From the sequence record PP766721.1: a stretch of 39,500 nucleotides of DNA; one strand, 5' to 3'. The notes below the pieces were generated by a model. The model was not told the DNA's origin, searched no databases, and was given only the letters and a program-made list of their open reading frames with translations. Below, piece by piece: positions 17,145 to 25,708 of the stretch (positions are counted from its first letter, which is position 1; every line of letters begins with the position of its first letter). This DNA is from Escherichia phage Baskent_phicoli_1. A program made the position numbers and the translations under genes.

Positions 17145-19301
17145 ATGTCCACGATTACACAATTCCCTTCAGGAAACACTCAGTACAGGATTGAGTTCGA
17201 CTACCTAGCCAGAACGTTTGTTGTTGTTACGCTGGTGAATAGCTCTAACCCTACCCTGAACCGTGTACTGGAAGTTGGTAGAGATTACCGATTCCTTAAT
17301 CCAACGATGATTGAGATGTTGGTTGACCAATCAGGTTTCGACATCGTTCGTATTCACCGTCAGACTGGAACTGACTTAGTGGTAGACTTCAGGAATGGCT
17401 CAGTGTTGACAGCTAGTGACCTGACCAATGCAGAGCTTCAGGCTATCCATATTGCAGAGGAAGGTCGAGACCAAACTGTTGACTTAGCGAAGGAATATGC
17501 TGATGCTGCTGGCAGCTCTGCTGGCAACGCTAAGGATAGCGAGGACGAAGCACGACGAATCGCTGAGAGTATCAAGGCAGCTGGTCGCTTTGGCTATATT
17601 ACCCGTCGCTCCTTCGAGAAAGGCTTCAACGTTACAACATGGAACGAGGCCCTGCTATGGGAAGAGGATGGTGATTATTACCGCTGGGATGGTACGCTTC
17701 CAAAGAACGTTCCTGCTGGTTCAACTCCTGAAGCGTCTGGTGGTATTGGTCTTGGTGCGTGGGTTAGCGTTGGTGACGCATCATTACGAGCCGATTTGTC
17801 GTCAAAAGATGGGATGGAATTAATAGGAGGCGACCTTAAATCATACGGAGCAGATGCTTCTGGGTCAACTCCATGTGACAGCCAACTTTCACAAATGCTA
17901 GCTGATAAAAAATTCATAGTTAACTCTGGAACTTACTTAATAACATCTACTATTGAGGTGGACATTTCCTCACTTGAATATGTAGAAGTTGGTCCTGATG
18001 TTGAATTTATCATTAAAAGCAACATTAATGGTTTCATATTTAAGAATCCGAATGCTAATTTCGACGCTAACGGTATGCGTATAACCGTAGACATCCCCGG
18101 AGGTGGATACACAAGTACAGCACTAACCTTAAGGGGGGGTAAATATTACACTGGGCCTGCTAACTTTAGCCGGTTATCCCATAAGAATAAATTTGGACCA
18201 TTTTACGTATACAACAGACAGGGTGCCGTTAAGCAAGAGTCAGCGTCTGCTCCTGTTACCGATGAGGGGTACGGCTTCTCTATAGACTGCAACTCAGCAG
18301 GTGAAGAAATTCTGATATGGAACGAAGTTGATGTCTCATCCACCGGGTTTACTGTTGCTCATGCAATTGGCGTAGGAACCAATCCACTTAACTTTATTTC
18401 ATCTCTTGACCTTAAGTTGGTATCCTGGTTCAGTACATATCACTTCAGGGACACCAGTATCCCGAAATCTGGCGGCAACGTAGCTGGGGGAATTGGGGAT
18501 GTGCGTGTGCGATTACAATCACAACCTCACGCTCAGATGGTTAAAGTTGTGCATATGGAGCACGCACCTGGCTTCATGAGTGGTTGCCGATTTGACCTGT
18601 CAATCTGGGACCCTAACGCCTATGGATATACCGCGAACGTGGTCGATGCATCCGTGACGAACGAATATACAAATACTATGGAGCGGAAAGCATATCCGTT
18701 AACTCGAGTGTTGAACATGGTAGATGGTAGTATATTCCCGGTCGTGAATTACACCAGTAGCATCCAGCAGTCTGATATACTTTCCAGTAGTGACCCTGAA
18801 CTGGCTAAGTACCTGTACCTATCAACTGTAACGCCAGAAATGACAGTGTTACAAGCATGTAACGCTATTAAAACATGGTGTAACGAAAATAACATCCGTA
18901 ATAATTTTGAATTCAAAGTGTTTTTAGGAGACTCTACCGCCGACATACGTAACGTTTTTCTCCCGTGGATAACAGCTATAGGTGACTCCTCAGGATACTT
19001 ACATCTATATGCTACTTTTTACAATGGAATTATAAATACAGTGCGTGTCGAGTACGAGGTTAATCCGATAACCAGCGGCGGAAAGACAGAAAAACACGAA
19101 ATATTATGGACAAACACAACAGGTCTTGTGTTGCATCGCCTGATTGAGTACTCATTCGGTACCACGGCTGAGATAAAAAGCAAGGTAGCCATACAAGTGA
19201 AAGGCTTCACTACTTTTGACTCAACTTTCAACATCCCTGTTTGGTATAATGGCAATAGTTCATGGCTTAAAGCAGACGGTTCTGTGGCATATTCTGCTTA
19301 A
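17145..19301 (+). CDS. gp17: Tail fiber / tailspike: T7 gp17-like N-terminal adaptor fused to a large C-terminal domain (putative polysaccharide depolymerase)
   Basis: 718 aa; N-terminal about 150 aa (FDYLARTFVVVTL, LVVDFRNGSVLTASDL, QAIHIAEEGRD) match T7 gp17; linker WxSVGDASLRADLSSKDG is typical of tailspike beta-helix starts; C-terminal region is visibly AT-rich. Confidence 0.88.
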   Translation: MSTITQFPSGNTQYRIEFDYLARTFVVVTLVNSSNPTLNRVLEVGRDYRFLNPTMIEMLVDQSGFDIVRIHRQTGTDLVVDFRNGSVLTASDLTNAELQAIHIAEEGRDQTVDLAKEYADAAGSSAGNAKDSEDEARRIAESIKAAGRFGYITRRSFEKGFNVTTWNEALLWEEDGDYYRWDGTLPKNVPAGSTPEASGGIGLGAWVSVGDASLRADLSSKDGMELIGGDLKSYGADASGSTPCDSQLSQMLADKKFIVNSGTYLITSTIEVDISSLEYVEVGPDVEFIIKSNINGFIFKNPNANFDANGMRITVDIPGGGYTSTALTLRGGKYYTGPANFSRLSHKNKFGPFYVYNRQGAVKQESASAPVTDEGYGFSIDCNSAGEEILIWNEVDVSSTGFTVAHAIGVGTNPLNFISSLDLKLVSWFSTYHFRDTSIPKSGGNVAGGIGDVRVRLQSQPHAQMVKVVHMEHAPGFMSGCRFDLSIWDPNAYGYTANVVDASVTNEYTNTMERKAYPLTRVLNMVDGSIFPVVNYTSSIQQSDILSSSDPELAKYLYLSTVTPEMTVLQACNAIKTWCNENNIRNNFEFKVFLGDSTADIRNVFLPWITAIGDSSGYLHLYATFYNGIINTVRVEYEVNPITSGGKTEKHEILWTNTTGLVLHRLIEYSFGTTAEIKSKVAIQVKGFTTFDSTFNIPVWYNGNSSWLKADGSVAYSA

Positions 19302-19403
19302 GTCATGGAATAATTGATTGTGGAGGTATAGGCTAACTACACGCTGACCAACGTATGGTAACAACTTTGGGTCACGGACGACCCGCTTTAAACTGGAGGT
19401 TTT

Positions 19404-19598
19404 ATGATTGAGTTAGACTTCAAGAATGAGGTCCTTAAAGCCTCTCCTATCGTCGGGACCGCTGCGGCTGATGGTGCCAGTCGGTTCTTCTTCGGACTTA
19501 CACTGAACGAATGGTTCTACGTTGCAGCTATCGCGTACACCGTTGTCCAGATTGGTGTGCTAGTCTACAAAACGATTAAAGGAGGTGGTAAAACATGA
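19404..19598 (+). CDS. gp17.5: Holin (T7 gp17.5 homolog)
   Basis: 64 aa; LDFxNExxKAxPIVGT...FFGLxLNEWFYVAAIAYTVVQIG nearly identical to T7 gp17.5. Confidence 0.92.
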   Translation: MIELDFKNEVLKASPIVGTAAADGASRFFFGLTLNEWFYVAAIAYTVVQIGVLVYKTIKGGGKT

Positions 19599-19858
19599 CG
19601 CAGATGGACTTAGAGAAGTTCCTCTTAATGCTAGATACTGAACGTGCTCGACTCATGCTGAAAGACCTGCGGGATGACTCTAAGCGTTCACCTCAGCTCT
19701 ACAACGCCATTGAGAAGCTGCTTGCTCGTCACAACTTTGTGTTAAGCAAGGTGTCTGTGGACGAGAAGACGCTGGCTGATATGGAGGCCCTGAACGCAGA
19801 GTACGATAAGGTGCTTTCAGCGACTGAGGATAATGACACCGGGTATGGTGTTCAATAA
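19595..19858 (+). CDS. gp18: Terminase small subunit (DNA maturase A), gene 18
   Basis: 87 aa, ATGA-coupled to holin; position and size as T7 gp18 (89 aa). Confidence 0.85.
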   Translation: MTQMDLEKFLLMLDTERARLMLKDLRDDSKRSPQLYNAIEKLLARHNFVLSKVSVDEKTLADMEALNAEYDKVLSATEDNDTGYGVQ

Positions 19859-19860
19859 GT

Positions 19861-19908
19861 GTTAGACTCAAGGTCATTACTATATGTAGTGGCCTTTATG
19901 GTTAACAC
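19861..19908 (+). promoter_or_regulatory. Conserved structured element (putative RNase III processing site, R18.5-like)
   Basis: TAGACTCAAGGTCAT-N11-GTGGCCTTTATGGTTA; same motif recurs at 24457, 29273 and 36452. Confidence 0.55.
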
Positions 19909-19959
19909 TAACTAGTGGAGGAGACTCTACGTGAAATCTGATAAACCGGGAGGGCAACT

Positions 19960-20403
19960 ATGCTCGAATTTTTAAAGAGAGCGGCTCCGTGGTTACTTGC
20001 AGCAGTGATGTTTGCTGGTGGCTACCACACCGCTAACAATAAGTGGGAGGCTAAGATCAATGCAGAATACACCTCGAATCTTAAGGCATCGGAAGATACA
20101 AGGCTTGCTGTCCAAGCTGAAGTCAACAAAGTGTCCAAACGGTTTCAGGACGAAATGTCCTCGCTGGAAGGCAGCACTGATAGGATTATTGCTGACCTTC
20201 AGTCTGACAATAAGCGGCTGCGCATCAGAGTCAAACCAACGAGTGGAACCACGCAAAGTGACGGTCGATGCGTCATTGATGATTACGCCGAACTTGACGA
20301 ACGAGATGCTAAACGTCTTATCGCCATCGGAGTGAAAGGAGACAAGTGGATTAAGGCCCTTCAGGACACTGTGAGAGCCTTGCAGCAAGATAGGGGGGAG
20401 TAA
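19960..20403 (+). CDS. gp18.5: Rz-like i-spanin, gene 18.5
   Basis: 147 aa; N-terminal TM helix, EGSTDRIIxDLxSDNKRLRxRVK and DxRDAKRxxAxxxKGDxWIxALQDT match T7 gp18.5. Confidence 0.9.
   Translation: MLEFLKRAAPWLLAAVMFAGGYHTANNKWEAKINAEYTSNLKASEDTRLAVQAEVNKVSKRFQDEMSSLEGSTDRIIADLQSDNKRLRIRVKPTSGTTQSDGRCVIDDYAELDERDAKRLIAIGVKGDKWIKALQDTVRALQQDRGE
20060..20335 (+). CDS. gp18.7: Rz1-like o-spanin lipoprotein embedded in +1 frame of gene 18.5
   Basis: PRWKxALIGLxL...ISGCASES lipobox and PNLTxEMLNV C-terminus match T7 gp18.7; start at internal ATG 20060 inferred. Confidence 0.7.
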   Translation: MQNTPRILRHRKIQGLLSKLKSTKCPNGFRTKCPRWKAALIGLLLTFSLTISGCASESNQRVEPRKVTVDASLMITPNLTNEMLNVLSPSE

Positions 20404-20569
20404 TGATTAGAGTTAAATGCTTAAAGTCTGACTCAAATGGGATTCTTGAGGTGGGTTCAGTCTACTGGGTGGACTCGCTTGATGATATTGACTCCTATGT
20501 GCATATTAGGGGAGGGCGTTATATTGGTATGTTCCCATCTAAGTGGTTCGAGCCTAAGGAGGTGACGCA

Positions 20570-22333
20570 TTGAGTAAAGACTTAGTGGCGCGTCAGGCGC
20601 TAATGACTGCCCGTATGAAGGCAGACTTCGTGTTCTTCCTGTTCGTCCTGTGGAAAGCTCTGTCGCTCCCAGTCCCGACTCGCTGTCAGATTGACATGGC
20701 GAAGAAACTATCGGCTGGGGACAACAGGCGCTTCATCCTGCAGGCGTTCCGTGGTATCGGGAAGTCCTTCATTACGTGTGCCTTCGTTGTCTGGAAGCTA
20801 TGGAACAACCCAGACTTGAAGTTCATGATTGTGTCGGCCTCAAAGGAACGAGCCGATGCTAACTCCATCTTCATCAAGCGAATCATCGACCTCATGCCTC
20901 AGCTTCAGGAACTCAAACCTAAGCAGGGACAGCGAGATGCGGTTATCAGCTTCGACGTTGGACCAGCCAAGCCCGACCACTCACCTTCGGTTAAGTCCGT
21001 TGGTATCACTGGTCAGTTGACTGGTAGTCGTGCTGACATCCTGATTGCCGATGACGTGGAGGTCCCTAACAACTCAGCGACTCAGGCTGCACGAGACCGT
21101 CTGTCAGAGCTTGTGAAAGAGTTCGACGCTATCCTGAAGCCGGGAGGTACAATCATCTATCTGGGTACTCCTCAGAACGAGATGACCTTGTATCGTGAGC
21201 TGGAAGGCCGTGGATACACCACTACTATCTGGCCTGCTCGTTATCCACGCGATAAGAAGGACTGGCAGTCTTACGGCGACCGTCTGGCACCGATGCTTCA
21301 GGCAGAGCTGGAAGAGGACCCTGAGTCCTTCTACTGGCGTCCGACTGATGAAGTACGCTTCGATGATACGGACCTGAAGGAACGTGAGCTGTCCTATGGT
21401 AAAGCTGGCTTCGCTCTACAGTTCATGCTTAACCCGAACCTTAGTGATGCCGAGAAGTACCCTCTGAAGCTCCGTGACCTTATCGTAGCAGACTTGGACC
21501 CAGCGTCCAGCCCAATGGTCTACCAATGGCTGCCAAACCCTCAGAACAAGCGTGAGGACGTCCCTAACGTTGGACTCATGGGTGACTCATACCACACGTA
21601 TCAGACTGTAGGTTCTGCCTTCAGTTCGTACACCCAGAAGATTCTGGTCATTGACCCTAGTGGTCGTGGTAAGGATGAAACTGGCTATGCGGTACTGTAC
21701 CAGCTCAACGGCTACATCTTCGCTATGGAAGTTGGTGGTATGCGTGGTGGTTATGAAGACTCTACGCTGGAAGCTCTGGCTAAGATTGGTCGTAAGTGGA
21801 AGGTCAACGAATACGTCATTGAGGGTAACTTCGGTGATGGTATGTACCTTGAGCTATTCAAGCCCGTAGCAGCCCGTATCCACCCTGCTGCTGTAACTGA
21901 AGTGAAGAGTAAGGGTCAGAAAGAACTCCGCATCTGTGACGTTCTGGAGCCTATCATGGGGTCTCACCGACTTATCGTTAACGCTGCTGCTATCGTCCAA
22001 GACTACCAGTCGGCCTCTGATAAGGATGGTGTTCGTAACCCTATCTACTCTCTCTTCTACCAGATGACACGTATCTCTCGTGAACGTGGAGCCTTGGCAC
22101 ACGATGACAGACTTGATGCGCTGGCTATCGGTGTACAGTTCTTCGTTGAGTCTATGGCTAAGGATGCCAACAAAGGCGAACGTGAAGTCACTGAGGAGTG
22201 GCTGGAGGAACAGATGGAGAACCCACGGAAAGGCTTCGAGTCCATCCACACTGAGTTCTGGGACAATGGGGTCCGGGTAACTCACGATACGGACGACGAG
22301 CTGGGGCTAGGGTCCTACGTTACGTTTCACTAG
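20570..22333 (+). CDS. gp19: Terminase large subunit (DNA maturase B), gene 19; apparent TTG start
   Basis: 587 aa; [23 protein letters not shown], [76 protein letters not shown], [25 protein letters not shown] essentially as in T7 gp19; AAGGAGG SD 7 nt before TTG. Confidence 0.97.
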   Translation: MSKDLVARQALMTARMKADFVFFLFVLWKALSLPVPTRCQIDMAKKLSAGDNRRFILQAFRGIGKSFITCAFVVWKLWNNPDLKFMIVSASKERADANSIFIKRIIDLMPQLQELKPKQGQRDAVISFDVGPAKPDHSPSVKSVGITGQLTGSRADILIADDVEVPNNSATQAARDRLSELVKEFDAILKPGGTIIYLGTPQNEMTLYRELEGRGYTTTIWPARYPRDKKDWQSYGDRLAPMLQAELEEDPESFYWRPTDEVRFDDTDLKERELSYGKAGFALQFMLNPNLSDAEKYPLKLRDLIVADLDPASSPMVYQWLPNPQNKREDVPNVGLMGDSYHTYQTVGSAFSSYTQKILVIDPSGRGKDETGYAVLYQLNGYIFAMEVGGMRGGYEDSTLEALAKIGRKWKVNEYVIEGNFGDGMYLELFKPVAARIHPAAVTEVKSKGQKELRICDVLEPIMGSHRLIVNAAAIVQDYQSASDKDGVRNPIYSLFYQMTRISRERGALAHDDRLDALAIGVQFFVESMAKDANKGEREVTEEWLEEQMENPRKGFESIHTEFWDNGVRVTHDTDDELGLGSYVTFH

Positions 22334-22427
22334 CTGAATGAATAACTATGGGTGAAAGCTGCATGAATACGCAGTTAGTAACCTATGGTTACAACCAGGC
22401 TAACCTACTGTTTTATAAGAAGTTTGG

Positions 22428-22450
22428 ACTTAACTATCACTATAGGGAAG
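22428..22450 (+). promoter_or_regulatory. Phage RNAP promoter (phiOR-like), +1 G about 22445
   Basis: CTTAACTATCACTATAGGGAAG downstream of terminase gene. Confidence 0.75.
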
Positions 22451-22630
22451 ACCCCCGGTTACTTATAGTATTACTGTAGTGAATATACATATGCAGACTT
22501 TATGCAAGACCTTAGGAGGCAGACTCCGAGTTCTTACCTAAGGCTTGCACCGATGGAAGGAGGGTGATATTAATAATAATCCCTCCAATACAGATAGTCA
22601 CCGACCATAGATACAGGAGGTATGTAGCAT

Positions 22631-22789
22631 ATGGCAAAGACCAAAGCTGTACTTAAAGCTCTGGCGACCAATCGAGCTACATACAGGTTTCTTGCTGCTG
22701 TTCTACTTGCTGCTGGCGTTACTGCTGGAAGTAAGTGGGTCGGGTGGGTCGAGACTCTCGTATGTTCTCTGGTGTCTGAGTGTCATTAA
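22631..22789 (+). CDS. gp19.5: gp19.5 homolog (small membrane protein)
   Basis: 52 aa ORF below the ORF-track cutoff; RxTYRFL, hydrophobic core and SLESVVCS-like end resemble T7 gp19.5; AGGAGG SD. Confidence 0.65.
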   Translation: MAKTKAVLKALATNRATYRFLAAVLLAAGVTAGSKWVGWVETLVCSLVSECH

Positions 22790-22949
22790 CGCCATAATGG
22801 TAACAATCAACGAAAGTAAGACCTAAGGTCAGTTCATAGCTGACGCTACTCTACTGACCTTAGCTACTGTAGTCAAGGACTTTAGGTAACACCTTAAGAG
22901 AAGCTCACTTAGGGTCATCCTACTTATTGGTCTATCCTAGTGTCGCCTG

Positions 22950-22987
22950 ACCTACGGTCCTTGACCTACAGTGGCTGTGGCCTACAG
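22950..22987 (+). repeat. CCTAC(G/A)G heptamer repeats just inside the inferred right genome end
   Basis: CCTACGG...CCTACAG...CCTACAG read directly; analogous to T7 CCTAAAG repeats near the terminal repeat. Confidence 0.55.
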
Positions 22988-23026
22988 TAGTGACGATGAG
23001 TTTTGGACCAAAAGTTTGAGACCACA

Positions 23027-23210
23027 TCTCACAGTTCAAGAACCTCAAGTCTCCCCATAGGCCCTCTTTCAGTCCAGACCAAAGGCCCTACCCAGTCTAT
23101 CATAAGGTTGGACCGATGGTCAAGACTTCAGGTCAACGATAGGTTGAGGCTATGGCTGGAGGTCGGGACGATAGGTTGGGACTATGGGTCTGTCTCTGAG
23201 TCTCTATCTG
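23027..23210 (+). repeat. Inferred left genome end and direct terminal repeat (collapsed to one copy here)
   Basis: TCTCACAGTTCAAGAACC...CCCCATAGG matches the T7 left end TCTCACAGTGTACGGACC...CCCCCATAGGGGG; the 3' boundary of the repeat is a guess. Confidence 0.45.
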
Positions 23211-23240
23211 TATAGTGTTATAGTATAACATTACGTCCTA

Positions 23241-23310
23241 CACCTACAGTCTCACTACCTACAGTCTCCGACCATGAGACACTCACTACCTACAGTCATA
23301 GACCTACAGA
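23241..23310 (+). repeat. Array of four (A)CCTACAG(T) heptamer repeats downstream of the terminal repeat
   Basis: ACCTACAGTCTC, CTACCTACAGTCTCC, CTACCTACAGTCAT, GACCTACAGATAA read directly. Confidence 0.6.
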
Positions 23311-23422
23311 TAATAGACATAAAGCTATAGACTTAAGGTCTAAGACATGTTAGTCAAAAGACTACATCCTCTTACACCATGGGGCCGACGATAGCTTAAT
23401 TAATATTATTTCAAATTACCTA

Positions 23423-23452
23423 TTGACTATAGGTCTAGACTGTGGCTTAATA
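23423..23452 (+). promoter_or_regulatory. Host sigma70-type early promoter (A1-like)
   Basis: TTGACT at 23423-23428, 17-bp spacer, CTTAAT; AT-rich UP-like tract upstream; T7 A1 also has TTGACT. Confidence 0.55.
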
Positions 23453-23563
23453 GCTTCCGTCAACACGACACGGCAACAACCGGATAGTGAAGACGCCGGG
23501 TCATCCCGGTTAAGTAGACAGCCTGATAAGTCATACGAACAACAGGCAGATGACAGAAAGTAG

Positions 23564-23593
23564 TTGACAAGCAGTAACGACTTAAAGTAGTAT
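23564..23593 (+). promoter_or_regulatory. Host sigma70-type early promoter (A2-like)
   Basis: TTGACA at 23564-23569, 18-bp spacer, TAGTAT; flanks match the T7 A2 region (ACAGGxxTTGACAA). Confidence 0.6.
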
Positions 23594-23711
23594 GTACCAC
23601 GTAGCAAGATGGCGTAGGGATAGGAACCGAGAAACCTGCCAGAGGCCAGCCAAGGATAAGGCACCAGCCGTGAGTCGAATTCGGTCACTCACCGCATAAA
23701 AGAATAACAGG

Positions 23712-23740
23712 TTGACAGCCTCCTTTAAAAGCTGTAAGCT
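23712..23740 (+). promoter_or_regulatory. Host sigma70-type early promoter (A3-like)
   Basis: TTGACA at 23712-23717, 17-bp spacer, TAAGCT; downstream CCACATCGAAACGACGGTGA matches T7 A3 context CCACATGAAACGACAGTGA. Confidence 0.6.
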
Positions 23741-23941
23741 GTGCCACATCGAAACGACGGTGAAGCCTAACACTGAAACAGGCTAGCACGGCGACGACAG
23801 CCAATGCGAATGCTCTTTAACAATCTGGATAAACTCTTAATGTGCGCCGATAGCGACTAACTACAGGGTCTTTGAGTCTACATCTGAAGGCCCTGACTGA
23901 TAGTCACTAACATACACAAACAACTTTGAGAGGATATAACT

Positions 23942-24277
23942 ATGGAACGTAACGCTAACGCATACTATGAGCTGCTGGCTGCAACCGTTGAAGCATTTAA
24001 CGAGAGCATTCAGTACGACAAAATAGCTGAAGGTGATGACTACAGCGATGCGCTGCATGAAGTCGTAGACAGTCATGTTCCGCACTATTACCACGAGATT
24101 TTCACGGTGATGGCTGCTGATGGTATTGACCATGAGTTCGAAGACTCTGGGCTGATGCCTGAGACCAAGGACGTAACGCGTATACTACAAGCTCGCATTT
24201 ATGAAGCACTGTATAACGATGTATCTAATAGCTCGGATGTAGTCTGGTTCGAGTCTACTGAGGAGGAATGCGAGTGA
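23942..24277 (+). CDS. ocr: Ocr (gene 0.3) DNA-mimic anti-restriction protein
   Basis: 111 aa, very acidic; VPHYYxxIFxVMAxxGIDxEFEDSGLMPxTKDVxRILQARIYE nearly identical to T7 Ocr. Confidence 0.92.
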   Translation: MERNANAYYELLAATVEAFNESIQYDKIAEGDDYSDALHEVVDSHVPHYYHEIFTVMAADGIDHEFEDSGLMPETKDVTRILQARIYEALYNDVSNSSDVVWFESTEEECE

Positions 24278-24429
24278 TGGTAACTTATGGCCTATGCCAG
24301 CACCACGTCACCAACGCCCGGCTTATGGTCAAGACCGGGCAGTTAAACCACGATGCGATTATGCGTCACCTGAAGGCGGTCTATGAGGGCCGCAAGCGTA
24401 TACACGACAGTTTGCACGCTGAGGTGTAA
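24277..24429 (+). CDS. Small early protein at gene 0.4 position (50 aa)
   Basis: ORF below track cutoff, ATG overlapping ocr stop (TGATG); function unassigned. Confidence 0.4.
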   Translation: MVTYGLCQHHVTNARLMVKTGQLNHDAIMRHLKAVYEGRKRIHDSLHAEV

Positions 24430-24456
24430 CTTACTGGCGGGTACTGAGTGATAAAT

Positions 24457-24490
24457 GAGAGGTCATCGACTGATAGGTGGCCTCAAAGAT
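24457..24490 (+). promoter_or_regulatory. Conserved structured element (putative RNase III site, R0.5-like)
   Basis: GAGAGGTCAT-N11-GTGGCCTCAAAGATTA, variant of the AGGTCAT...GTGGCCTT element. Confidence 0.45.
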
Positions 24491-24517
24491 TACCACTTGC
24501 ATTAATAGGAGTTAACT

Positions 24518-24685
24518 ATGAAATTTACAATCATCGCACTTTATGTAACCATTATTCTATCTTGGCTTACTGCGGTGCTCACTGATGGGAACGCATTACG
24601 ACTGGGATGGCTGGCAGTGGACATTATATTCTCTCCGGTAGGGGTCGTGCGGGGCATCTTGATGTGGTTTGGATTGGTGGGATAA
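24518..24685 (+). CDS. Small hydrophobic early protein (55 aa, predicted membrane)
   Basis: MKFTIIALYVTIILSWLTAVL... with AGGAG SD 6 nt upstream; below track cutoff. Confidence 0.4.
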   Translation: MKFTIIALYVTIILSWLTAVLTDGNALRLGWLAVDIIFSPVGVVRGILMWFGLVG

Positions 24686-24774
24686 ACTATGAGTATTGGA
24701 CATTGGGTATGCCTAGCGCCAGTTATCTCGATGATAGGTTATGGGATATATGATTGTATTAAACGGAAATCACT

Positions 24775-24972
24775 ATGAGTCTTGCACTATTGATAGCCAT
24801 AGGATATGGACTTATCGCCTACGTGCTGATGAGAGACATCAACAAAGCGCGTAAAGTCTACAAATTCAACTATGTACGGCTGGGCCGCTGGACTGTACGT
24901 CAACCTAACGGACGATTCATGCGAAACTTAGCGAACGTCTGGGACATAGCAACTCTGGGAGGTAAACTGTGA
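24775..24972 (+). CDS. Small early protein with N-terminal TM helix (65 aa)
   Basis: MSLALLIAIGYGLIAYVLM then basic tail; coupled upstream and downstream. Confidence 0.5.
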   Translation: MSLALLIAIGYGLIAYVLMRDINKARKVYKFNYVRLGRWTVRQPNGRFMRNLANVWDIATLGGKL

Positions 24973-25397
24973 TGGAAAAGCTATGCAGAACATGCCACGC
25001 TTTAAAGCCGCTGGAAGAGTACCACAAGCATAAAACCTCCAAAGACGGCAGGGAGAGTCAGTGTAAGACTTGCCGCAATAAGCAGATTATGAAGACCAGG
25101 AAACTACGATACAGTAAGTCTGCTAGCTTCAGGGAGTCTAAACGGAACGAAACCCTGCGTAAACTGTACGGGATTACAGTAGATGACTATGAGGAGATGT
25201 TTAAGCGGCAGGGCGGGGTGTGCGCTATCTGTCATCAGCCGGAAACTGGTAACATACGAATGGCGGTAGACCACTGTCATGCAAGTGGTAAAGTTCGCGG
25301 GCTACTGTGTAAAAACTGCAACACTGCGCTAGGAAACCTAAAAGACTCGATTGAGATTCTCACAAACGCAATCACATATCTTCAGGAGAACAATTAA
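24969..25397 (+). CDS. Endonuclease VII-family (HNH-fold) nuclease, probable homing endonuclease
   Basis: 142 aa; GGVCAICHQPETGNIRMAVDHCHASGKVRGLLCKNCNTALG aligns with T4 endonuclease VII GKCLICQREL...HLDHDHELNGPKAGKVRGLLCNLCNAAEG; extra N-terminal CxxC...CxxC. Confidence 0.8.
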   Translation: MMEKLCRTCHALKPLEEYHKHKTSKDGRESQCKTCRNKQIMKTRKLRYSKSASFRESKRNETLRKLYGITVDDYEEMFKRQGGVCAICHQPETGNIRMAVDHCHASGKVRGLLCKNCNTALGNLKDSIEILTNAITYLQENN

Positions 25398-25399
25398 TA

Positions 25400-25708
25400 A
25401 TGAGCAAGTCAAACGGTCTGGCATACGCAATGGTGGTAGCAATGGAAGAAGCAATCATGGCCCGTAAGTCCCGCTCTGAACGCGAACAAGCGGAGCGTGA
25501 TATGGTCCTGACTAAGCGCATGTTGGCTGAGGGCCACAAGGTAGACACCATGATTTATGTCTACGGGTCCACCAACATGAAGTCTGAAGACGGTAAGCTG
25601 CTGCTGGCAGGTAGACGGGCTGACATCCAACGGGCAAGCCTGAAGCACACGACACGCGGTGACTTCAGTCATCTTCACGCTAACCAACTGATATGCAAGC
25701 AATTCTGA
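25400..25708 (+). CDS. Hypothetical early protein (102 aa)
   Basis: ORF with compact spacing after the Endo VII-like gene; no motif recognised. Confidence 0.55.
   Translation: MSKSNGLAYAMVVAMEEAIMARKSRSEREQAERDMVLTKRMLAEGHKVDTMIYVYGSTNMKSEDGKLLLAGRRADIQRASLKHTTRGDFSHLHANQLICKQF

Noticed and set aside
17497-17823. + strand 108-aa ORF overlapping gene 17 in another frame
   Set aside because: Embedded in the tail fiber gene within its conserved N-terminal region; no independent start signals
23003-23215. + strand ORF of 70 aa in the right-end/left-end region
   Set aside because: Falls inside the inferred terminal repeat and heptamer-repeat region homologous to the non-coding T7 left end; no SD; low-complexity translation
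23238-23310. Short direct repeats considered as a CRISPR array
   Set aside because: Repeat unit is only 7-9 bp with irregular short spacing and no spacer structure; matches the terminal-region heptamer repeats of T7-like phages instead
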